Below are positions 1 to 8,800 of a stretch of 64,000 bases of DNA, in pieces. The notes under the pieces were generated by a model. That model was not told where the DNA came from, searched no databases, and saw only the letters and a program-made list of their open reading frames with translations. Each line of letters starts with the position of its first letter. Within the stretch, counting starts at the first letter, position 1. The position numbers and the translations under genes were made by a program. The DNA comes from a virus: positions 1-64,000 of the IMG/VR virus record IMGVR_UViG_3300005466_000025; one strand, written 5' to 3'.

Positions 1-7
1 AAGTAAT

Positions 8-31
8 AAGGTCCCTTCGGGGGCCTTTTTT
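8..31 (+). terminator. Rho-independent terminator-like hairpin
   Basis: AAGGTCCC-TTCG-GGGGCCTT followed by a T tract. Confidence 0.75.
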
Positions 32-67
32 GTTATCCTTTTAGTGAGCTACTGAAAGGAGGCAAAC

Positions 68-310
68 ATGGCTGTAGAGCTATCACTAGATAGAAAGGCA
101 GTTGAAATCACCTGGGATAATGTTCTTGTTGTTGGGGATGAAGTTGAAATTAGATGTGTGAATCCTGACAATGAGGACGTGTCAACTAGAATGGCAAAGA
201 ATGACGGTAGGGCCGTCATTACATTTCCCAAGGACTATTCCGGAGATGCATTCGTTACTGTCACCGGAGACAACGAAGACGTATCAGACAACGGAACAAT
301 ATCAGTTTAA
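68..310 (+). CDS. small beta-rich acidic hypothetical protein
   Basis: 80-aa ORF with AAGGAGG SD; TGTTATCCT extended -10 at 31-39. Confidence 0.75.
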   Translation: MAVELSLDRKAVEITWDNVLVVGDEVEIRCVNPDNEDVSTRMAKNDGRAVITFPKDYSGDAFVTVTGDNEDVSDNGTISV

Positions 311-321
311 TAATGCAAGTA

Positions 322-347
322 ATAAGGCCCGTGAAAGCGGGCCTTAT
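322..347 (+). terminator. hairpin, probable terminator
   Basis: ATAAGGCCCG-TGAAAG-CGGGCCTTAT just after the stop of 68..310. Confidence 0.55.
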
Positions 348-355
348 GTTATTCT
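347..355 (+). promoter_or_regulatory. extended -10 promoter for a leaderless mRNA
   Basis: TGTTATTCT 6 nt before ATG 362; no SD. Confidence 0.6.
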
Positions 356-361
356 TTCTGC

Positions 362-730
362 ATGGCTAGAACAAACATACCATATGTGAATGTTAATCGC
401 TTTGGGGTTACCCAGGCCTCCCCTGTCGCTGGTGACGTTGCTAACGGCATGGAGATTATGAATAATGATGGCCGGATTTGGGTGGAGTTGGCTAATGTCT
501 CAAACGCAGGATCAGTCAATGTTACAACCGATGTTCCAAAGCTATTTGACGGGGACCTAACTATTGCTGATATTATTGTGGCCCTGGCCCCTGGTTCAGT
601 CAAGGAAATGGGTCCATGGAAGCCCGGTATTTTCAATAGAAGTGTTGTGGCCGGTGCCACATTGGAGAGCGTCTACATTGACGTTAGCTCAAGCGGAATT
701 ACATTCCGTGGTTATCGCCTAGAGCCTTAA
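362..730 (+). CDS. conserved phage protein, probable virion structural/decoration protein
   Basis: 122 aa; MART...G...NG..NDGR..V..N pattern recalled from actinobacterial phage/prophage proteins. Confidence 0.65.
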   Translation: MARTNIPYVNVNRFGVTQASPVAGDVANGMEIMNNDGRIWVELANVSNAGSVNVTTDVPKLFDGDLTIADIIVALAPGSVKEMGPWKPGIFNRSVVAGATLESVYIDVSSSGITFRGYRLEP

Positions 731-2880
731 ATCTCCTCCTCCTCCATTGGTTCCTCTGTATCCTCGGCATATGCCCTAAACTTCATGTTCAGATGTATCG
801 GCCCCATTCTCTTTTCCTTTTGATACATGTCGCTCAGAACGGCAGATTGATCCCAGGCTGAACCAACGTCCTTCCACATTCTGACGGCGTATCCATCATG
901 ATCATTATTCCACTTGTGCTTCCTCTTGGGGGATATAATCACCCGTTGGGATTTGTGATCCAAATTAATCTGGCCGAGATTTATTGATTCGTCGTACTTG
1001 AGAAGCTTGAGATGTACGTCCCCTGGATCACCATAGTCATCCTTGGTCAGAACAAGGTCATCAAAATATACAGTGGTGAATCTAAGGTCATCAACATCGG
1101 CAGGCTGATCCCATGGAGTTCCATCCAGATGTTCATATGGTCCAAAGAATCTTTGACCTAAAACAACATATCCAACATAGGATGATCTTCTGTCTATGCC
1201 GAAGTTTGGGTCGGTATCATATGGATATGGATATCGAGTTGTTGAGACGTTTCCAGACGGAATGAATCCCTCAATTTGCCAGTCTCCGGGTTCAGAATCC
1301 CCTTCAAGCCAAACCTTGGCTCTATACTTGTACCACATCTTTTCGCATTTTACATTGATATATGTACCGGCGGTATAGGAGTTTGAAACATTAAGAATTG
1401 TGTCCCCGAAGTCAATGTCAGTTGGAGGCAATCCAGGAAATAGACCAAATCCATCCAGCCTTATTCCCTCGTGCATTTTTGGCATGTAAACCAATCTTGC
1501 GTTGAGAACTCCATTCTGGGCAATATATAGATTGACCCCATAGAATTCATCTAGTGCGCCAAATCCACACTGGATTTCGTGACCAGCAAATAGCAAATGA
1601 TCTATTGTTGTTTTGACTTGGAGGGTTCCAAAATCCCATTCACCCAGAGTTTGATGACCCAATGATGTTGCCCCTGTTCCGGTTTCAGTCCCTATTTCCC
1701 CAAGATGAACAACTGCGGCGTCGGATGTATCATTATATGTGTATGGGAACACAAGGGCATCGTATTTTCCTGTTAAAAAGACAAGCTGTGACCCGTCGCA
1801 GTTTATTCCTGATCCAAACACGGAGGCCTCAAAGGGATGCTTTCTTACTATCTGCCAAACCCTTCCTTGGTCTGATTCCCCAATATAATTTGAATCCCCT
1901 GATCCGGTATTTCTGGTGAATGAATCCGTATCAACCTCCTGATCGGGAACAAAGTGGGAGCCAAACACAAATGTCATATCCGTTGATTCCTCATTGTCCC
2001 AGTTGGACTGTCCATAGTCATATCCATTCACGTTATAGATGCATTTTTCGTGGTTCCCCTCCTGAAAATCAGCCATTGACCCATTAATGTCGTCCTCCCC
2101 TGATGCCGCAGGGGCGCTAACCATTACTGAAAATTGTCCAGCCCAATCCAAAGGATATTCATCCCTTGAAATGTCATAGTCGTCCAAACTGTTGATATAA
2201 ACCGGGTCCCAGAATGTAGGATCAGCAAGGGCAGCAAAGTCACTGTCATCATATAGTTCCCCATCAAAATCATTGGCCCTGGTTGGAACAAACCAAACAC
2301 AATCAATAAAGTATTCCAAGTCTCCACCAGTAGTTGATGCCGCCTTAAAGAACATGCCTTCATCGTCTGGATTAAAGAATGCAGTATTGAATGGACCATT
2401 GAATGCTATTACCTTATAGAATGGCTGTGTTTCTGATTTGGGAGTATAGGCAATAGTGCCCATTGTTGAATATGATCCACCGTTCAATCTGCTTCCATAT
2501 ATGATTGACGCTGAATTGCTTCCAATCTTTAGAAATGTATGACCACCATTTCTGGTTGTTGGATCAACGGCACCTTCGCATCTTATGCTCATAAGAACTG
2601 TATAATCAAACTCATCGCTAATTACATCAAACAGGGTGTTCTTGTCAATAAATATTGTTTCATCTGCCGATGTGATTGAAATCTGCTTATTTGGATTGGA
2701 GCCAGTTGTTGTTACAGTCTGGGAATCAACAAGAACGGTCCCTCCAACTGAACTGGAATCACTTGTAGTTGTGAGTGATCCCCTTGCATCAGCGGCGAAA
2801 TCCATAGCACGGAAAATAATGACCCCATTCTTGTAGGTCCTGAAATCCCCTGGTGTTGGTTCAGTAATTATAAGTGCCAT
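727..2880 (-). CDS. minor tail protein
   Basis: 717-aa acidic beta-rich ORF at the end of the tail operon. Confidence 0.7.
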   Translation of the reverse strand: MALIITEPTPGDFRTYKNGVIIFRAMDFAADARGSLTTTSDSSSVGGTVLVDSQTVTTTGSNPNKQISITSADETIFIDKNTLFDVISDEFDYTVLMSIRCEGAVDPTTRNGGHTFLKIGSNSASIIYGSRLNGGSYSTMGTIAYTPKSETQPFYKVIAFNGPFNTAFFNPDDEGMFFKAASTTGGDLEYFIDCVWFVPTRANDFDGELYDDSDFAALADPTFWDPVYINSLDDYDISRDEYPLDWAGQFSVMVSAPAASGEDDINGSMADFQEGNHEKCIYNVNGYDYGQSNWDNEESTDMTFVFGSHFVPDQEVDTDSFTRNTGSGDSNYIGESDQGRVWQIVRKHPFEASVFGSGINCDGSQLVFLTGKYDALVFPYTYNDTSDAAVVHLGEIGTETGTGATSLGHQTLGEWDFGTLQVKTTIDHLLFAGHEIQCGFGALDEFYGVNLYIAQNGVLNARLVYMPKMHEGIRLDGFGLFPGLPPTDIDFGDTILNVSNSYTAGTYINVKCEKMWYKYRAKVWLEGDSEPGDWQIEGFIPSGNVSTTRYPYPYDTDPNFGIDRRSSYVGYVVLGQRFFGPYEHLDGTPWDQPADVDDLRFTTVYFDDLVLTKDDYGDPGDVHLKLLKYDESINLGQINLDHKSQRVIISPKRKHKWNNDHDGYAVRMWKDVGSAWDQSAVLSDMYQKEKRMGPIHLNMKFRAYAEDTEEPMEEEEI

Positions 2881-2883
2881 GAT

Positions 2884-3762
2884 TTACCAAGGTTGCACGG
2901 ATGCATTAGCTGAACTAATGAACGGAGGGGTAATATTTCCATCTTCAAAGTCTGCACTAAAGAATACACTTCCTCCGCTGTTGGGAAAATCACCTGTGGC
3001 AAACTCAACATTGTCAACGATCAAAGGAAAGTCCGCATAGCTGTTGAAGGCTGATCCAATTATTATTTTTCCAATATCGCCAGCAGTGGTTCCATGTTCA
3101 AATTGATGCTCAGTGAGGGGCATTATTTCCTCCCCGTCAATTTTCAATTGGGTGTCAAAAGTGTAAGGGAAGCTGGTTCCATTTGTAGGTGTGGCATTTC
3201 TTCTTACTCTCATTTCCAGATAATATGTTGTTTCATCAACTACTGGATCGCCAAAAAGTCCGTCAATCCAACTTGATCCCCACTGCCAATTGACTCCCGT
3301 AAATCGTCCAAAGAATGGCCCATCAACAAACACATTGTTGTGATCGTAGATTTCCATAGGAACAGGTCCGAATGAAAATTGTCCGTGATCCCACGCCTCA
3401 ATCGCACCAGCCGCAAAACGAATATCCATTCCAATGTATACGTCTGTGACAGGGGAAAATGAAACCATGGCGTAACCCCCTGAGGTAACGCTCAATGATA
3501 GATAATTGGTTCCGGTTTCAGGGCCTCCGCCAGGACCTCCACCGCCTCCATCTCCTCCACCCCCTCCTTCATCAGGGACTCCGCCAATACTTGCAAGGCC
3601 ATTGTTCTCCCAGGCTCTAAATCGCATTCTTGAGAGTGGCACCCGTCCGGGAACCGCTGTGTAATCATCACGTCCAAAAGTGATTGGGTCTTCGTTATCC
3701 GTGTCCTGTTGCGCCCTAAAGATAACACCGCTTAAATTGATAGGTCCTGTACTACTAGCCAT
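2884..3762 (-). CDS. minor tail protein with Gly linker and lectin-like beta-sandwich
   Basis: GGAG SD before MASSTG; poly-Gly linker; tail operon position. Confidence 0.65.
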   Translation of the reverse strand: MASSTGPINLSGVIFRAQQDTDNEDPITFGRDDYTAVPGRVPLSRMRFRAWENNGLASIGGVPDEGGGGGDGGGGGPGGGPETGTNYLSLSVTSGGYAMVSFSPVTDVYIGMDIRFAAGAIEAWDHGQFSFGPVPMEIYDHNNVFVDGPFFGRFTGVNWQWGSSWIDGLFGDPVVDETTYYLEMRVRRNATPTNGTSFPYTFDTQLKIDGEEIMPLTEHQFEHGTTAGDIGKIIIGSAFNSYADFPLIVDNVEFATGDFPNSGGSVFFSADFEDGNITPPFISSANASVQPW

Positions 3763-4138
3763 TAAAGCTCTCCAATACAACATCCCCGTTTGGATAAATG
3801 GCTACATTTGCTGTTCCTCCACCTTCCACGGCAACAACGAAAGGCTCCCTATATCTTGGTCGATTCTCCTCCGGAAGATTGAAAATGATTGAACCCTCTT
3901 CACCGCCATCCACATATCCAATAACAACAGTCTCCCCTTCTTCATTCATGTAGAACTGGGCGTCAGGGTTTCCTGATCCTCCTACATTGGCCCATCCTGC
4001 ACCAAATTCAATCTCATAATCCTCATCTTCCCCAATCTTATACCATGCTGTGTCCGCCAATCTCTTTGGCTTTCTTGTGTCCGATATAAGCTCAGCAATG
4101 CTGTTGTTTCTCTTAAAGTCTGGTGATCGTCTAGACAT
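3755..4138 (-). CDS. minor tail protein
   Basis: 127 aa; IFNLPEENRP resembles the LP.G.RP motif of phage tail-fibre head domains. Confidence 0.65.
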   Translation of the reverse strand: MSRRSPDFKRNNSIAELISDTRKPKRLADTAWYKIGEDEDYEIEFGAGWANVGGSGNPDAQFYMNEEGETVVIGYVDGGEEGSIIFNLPEENRPRYREPFVVAVEGGGTANVAIYPNGDVVLESFNG

Positions 4139-5373
4139 TATCCTGCCACCTTATCCGTAAAGTCCTCAGCCAATGAAACCGCATTGGTTTCAATGTTGTT
4201 TTCCGAGTTTGTAATTGTAATATCATAGATTCTTTGGGTAACGCCGGAAACCTGCAATGCCCCCTTGCTAGCCGACAGACTTACAACATCCCCAACATGG
4301 AATGCCGATCCCATATATGTTCCACCTACTGGGGAGAGGGTGCATTCATATAGGGGCTTTGGAAGTCTCGACTGGGCAAACTCCGCAGCGGCTACGGCCT
4401 TAAGATGAGTTGGGGGAGGGCCTAGCAATCCAATTCTTTTAATCTCAGGGAAGTCAACCCGTCTCATATAAATGCCGATATTGTGGTATCCGTCTGCATC
4501 ATCATCGATGTTTTCCTTCATGGCAATTTTACCAGAGTTTGGACCCCCTGCGCCAACCGCCCAGAGGTAATTTCCAAACTCCCCAGGCACAACTGACTCC
4601 TCCTCAACAAGATCATCAAGGTTATCCCCTGAGCCTGTGTGATATCTAAACTGTACCCCTGTGCTGTCTCCCCTCTTCTCGTCCGTGTTGAAATGCATGA
4701 GGGTTGGGTCCCCATCTGAGTGATAATAGGTTGGAACAATATCTACTCCACCGGGTCTATTCATGATTGTCTCAAAGATGTTTGTGTACGTGTTGGAACC
4801 CTTTGCCACGAAGAATGGGGCCACCACTGGATCATTTCCAGATGAGAAGGTCCCCTTGACAATACCAGTGTTTGAATCATCTAGGCCGAAGGCGTTGTTC
4901 ACAAGGTCAATTAGCTTCCACATAAGTTCCGACTGTGTGTAGTCCTCATCGGTGTCCAGGTTTGTCTTTAGGTAGTGGTTTAGGATGTGGAATCTTGATT
5001 GTAGACGCCAGAATGGGGACTGAACCTTAATCTGCATTGTGTTTGATTCCCCGTCCTTTCTGGTGAATGCCACAACACCCGCAAAGCATGGTGTGCTGGC
5101 CCCATCTGCATAGATGAAGGAACCATTGTTGCTATATACTGTTCTCCAAAGCTTGACAACCGTTCTAAGACGCTTGACATTGTAGGCCATTGGGTCATGC
5201 AGATACAAGCTAAAATCCAATGTGTCAATTCCATTGAGTGGGAAGCTGGCTGATCTATTGAAGGCGTGTACGATTGTGTTCGATGTTGACGAACCCAATG
5301 GATTCATGTTGGGTGCGGTTATTGCCCCGCCTCCAACATCGTACAGCTTTAATGTCCAGATTACTGTTGCCAT
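4138..5373 (-). CDS. tail hub/minor tail protein (ReqiPepy6 gp37-like)
   Basis: 411 aa directly after Dit; C-terminal F.VGDVV...RI..ITI pattern. Confidence 0.7.
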   Translation of the reverse strand: MATVIWTLKLYDVGGGAITAPNMNPLGSSTSNTIVHAFNRSASFPLNGIDTLDFSLYLHDPMAYNVKRLRTVVKLWRTVYSNNGSFIYADGASTPCFAGVVAFTRKDGESNTMQIKVQSPFWRLQSRFHILNHYLKTNLDTDEDYTQSELMWKLIDLVNNAFGLDDSNTGIVKGTFSSGNDPVVAPFFVAKGSNTYTNIFETIMNRPGGVDIVPTYYHSDGDPTLMHFNTDEKRGDSTGVQFRYHTGSGDNLDDLVEEESVVPGEFGNYLWAVGAGGPNSGKIAMKENIDDDADGYHNIGIYMRRVDFPEIKRIGLLGPPPTHLKAVAAAEFAQSRLPKPLYECTLSPVGGTYMGSAFHVGDVVSLSASKGALQVSGVTQRIYDITITNSENNIETNAVSLAEDFTDKVAG

Positions 5374-5852
5374 GTTGGATAAAGTGAGCTATCGGATGAT
5401 TTGTATGTGAATGGAATGTCGGCCCTTAGACCAACCACCCATGGAATTCTATATACGTCTGAATCAAGACCTTCAACGATTGATAGGTCCTGGTTGACTC
5501 TACAATTTATATATACCCCAATATTGTCCTGTGTTCTTGTCCAGGCAAGGGCGTGCATTGCAGTGCTGGCAAACATCTGTTGTAGATAGTCAACCCCCTG
5601 CCAAAGATATGTGTAATTCAATCCATATACATTACCAGAAAGGGTAATGGTCTTTCCACGTCTCCATACGTCACCGCTCTTTTCACCCACAACCTGAGGC
5701 AGAGGGTAGGATTCATATGAGATATCCGCATTTGTAAGCCCATCCACATTCTTCAACATGATGTAATAGAATGGTGCCTGGGCGTGCAACAACGGTTGGG
5801 ATGCACGGTTGTTTATTGTAAATCCATTAAATGTTACCGCTGAACCTAACAT
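5361..5852 (-). CDS. distal tail protein (Dit)
   Basis: 163 aa immediately after TMP; KTITLSG motif. Confidence 0.7.
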   Translation of the reverse strand: MLGSAVTFNGFTINNRASQPLLHAQAPFYYIMLKNVDGLTNADISYESYPLPQVVGEKSGDVWRRGKTITLSGNVYGLNYTYLWQGVDYLQQMFASTAMHALAWTRTQDNIGVYINCRVNQDLSIVEGLDSDVYRIPWVVGLRADIPFTYKSSDSSLYPTWQQ

Positions 5853-8800
5853 TAGAATGACTCCTGTGCGTTAATAGAGGCAAGTCTCATGACGTAACCC
5901 CAATCTGTTTCACCTTGTGTTTTGACAGTAAAGTTCTGATTAATTGTCTTGTTCTCCCCGCCTCTTTCAACTCCGCCAAATCCAGGGGCCTGAACGATTC
6001 CACCCTCGGCAAATCTCTGTACTGCGCCAGGGGCAACCACTCCTCCCATTGAGAACTTCTGTGTTCTGTTGTTTCTAATGAATGCCTCTGTTGCCTTTCT
6101 AGTTGGGGTTCTCTTGATCCAGTGTCTAATTCCAAGTCCAGGTCTAGGACCATCAACAACTGTGTGGAGGGCACCCTTGAATCCACCTGCGCTTCTCTTG
6201 ACATATCCTGGAATCCATCTACCATCGGTATCCTGAATTCTTTTGGCGTCTCTTCCTGTTACCTGTCCGAATGACTTATTGGCAAGCTCAACGAACCAAA
6301 CAACATTGTTGTCCGGATCAGTCTGGGAGATAAGATTGAAGTCCCTATATGTTCTAAGCTTTGTGTTGAATCCAGCTTCCCTCTTGCCTGTTCTAGGATC
6401 AATGTTTGAGTTGGTTCCAAACAATCTAGCCTTAAGCTGCTGGACGGAAATTGCAAGGCTTGTTGCAGCCCGTGCCTGTTGACCCTGGTTTAGAACCCAC
6501 TGTCCAGGCTTTAGGTTTCTTTTAACTGTATCAAGATTCTCAAACTTTTTGCCAAGCTGAGCCTGCTGAATATGTAGTCTCTGGCTGTATGCCTCTGCGT
6601 GCTTTAGGGTGTCGAACAGACCAAGATTCTGTCCTGTTCGCATGAAGTATTTGAAGGCCTCATCATCGGAGACAATCTTGTTTCCGATAACAGTTGGTAG
6701 GACATATACCCCTGCATCCGTTGAGAATGTTCCTGATCTTACGCTTGATGTTGTTCCATCCTTGTTCTTCACCTGTGGTCTATGGAGAATGTCAATATTT
6801 CCTTCAACCTTCATTCCTGGTGCCCGTCTTCCACCAGGGGAGAATGTTCCTGTAGCACCGAATAGGAAGTCAAGAACGCCCTTCTTTGAAAGGCCAATTA
6901 GGCTGGTTAGTTTCTTCTGTTGGGCCTCATTGAGAACCCACTCACCCGGTGTAAGAAGGGCTGGAACAGTATCTCCCTTTCCATGACCAGGAACGGTTCC
7001 TCCTCCTGCTCTGCGAAGAATGGCTCCCCCAATATCCTGTGCCTTTCCTAGGGCGGAACCTCCGATACTTGCGGCCTTGGCTGTGGCCTTAATGATTGTC
7101 TTAACTGGCCCTGGGAGCTTGTCATACTGCTTCTTTAGGAAATCAATAACTGATGTAAATTCATCACGAACAAACTTGAAGGCCTGTCTGAATGCCCCAA
7201 TTATTCCGTCCTTGATTGAGCCGAAGGCAGCAAGGATTCTATCCTTGAATCTTAGAACAACCAGGGAGATTCCAACACCAGGGAGGAATATGCCAACTAT
7301 GATTGCAACAAGGAGCTTCCAGTTCTTTCTAGCCCAGTCGATGATTCCCTCAAAGGCCTTGATTACAAGCTTAGCCGCACCCTGAAGAACACTGACGATT
7401 CTATCGCGGAACTTGTAGATAAGGATGAATGGCAATGCACCCGCAAGGAATGGGGCTGCAAGGGCACCAATTAGAATCTTCTTCCAGTTGTCCTTCACCC
7501 AGTCCACAACTCTGTGGAACTGCTTGAGCAGGAAGTCCGCAAGGATTCTGGCATACTTCTTAACCTTATCCCAGTTGGCGATGATTAGGATGGCCGCAGT
7601 AATTAGGGCACCAATTACCGTTGCGCTAACAAGGAGTCTTATTCCAAGTGTAAGCGCCCTAAGGGCACCAATTACCTGACCAACAATTAACTTACCAACA
7701 TTTGCAAGGGATGTATAAACGGCGGTACCAATTGCCCTAGCCATATTTCCTGCTGCCTTGGCTGCATCAAGGAATGCTTGCTTGAGCTTTGTAACCCCGC
7801 TAACAGCGCCTTCCGCTGTTTTCTTTCCAAGTTCAGTAAATGTCTTGCCAAGACCAACAATAGCATCCTTTGCTGTTTTTGCCTTAGTTGTAATTGTATC
7901 AAATAGACCCTTAAAACCACGCTCCCTGACAATCCTGAACATGGCTCCCGCAAGCTGCTTGATTCCGTCAGTTAGCTTCTGGGTTACAGGGAAGACCTTG
8001 TTGAATGCCTTCTCAGCAACAAGAATTGCTAGTGCCCACTTAACGATATCCCCAACAATAGGAATATCAAGTAGGAATTGTAGGGCCTTCGAAAGCTTAC
8101 CAAGTGTGAATATGAATAGAAGAAGACCAGGGATAATTACGTCTGCCACTGTTGCGGCAAAGGCTGTGAACTCATCAGATGAGAAGGACTTGACTAGGGC
8201 CTCCGTTAGGCGACCAAGAACCCTTGATAGGTTCTCAATTGATTCACGGGCATCATCGAAGAACTTCTTAACCTTGTCTGGATTGTCCCTGATGAATTGG
8301 GCAAACTTATCAAGTTGTGTTGTAATATCCTCAATGAGGGTCTTACCAGTTGATGCCGCCGCGCTGTTTGCAATTGCATCAATAAGGCCAATGATCGCCC
8401 CTGATAGCTTGATCCAGTCATCAAGATGTTCCCCTGCGCTAGCTAGGAACCTATCAAGGCCGGATTCATTGATTGTTGCAACTGCACCAAGTCTTCCGGC
8501 TGCACCTTCCTCAGGGCGTCTTGTTTCGCCCTTCTGGGATGTTGCGTCCTTTAGTCTTCCAGTAAGGCCAACGGCACCCTTGAGCAATCTGTCGAAGATT
8601 GGGTTGGCAGCCTGTGCAATATTGAGGAAGGCCTTTGCAAGGTTAAGCATTCCCTCGACAACTCTTGGGATGTTATCCGCCGCCTTCTCAGTGAAGAAGA
8701 GTAGGGCCTCCTTGAACTCAGCACTTCCAACGAATCTGCGGAAGGAGTCAAGGGCATCGGCAATTGAATTGGCGAGGTTCTGTGCTGCCTTCTGAATCTT

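Noticed and set aside
7758-8795. 345-aa antisense ORF (and 17566..18174 and similar)
   Set aside because: Shadow ORFs opposite the TMP and protease; no RBS and biased composition.
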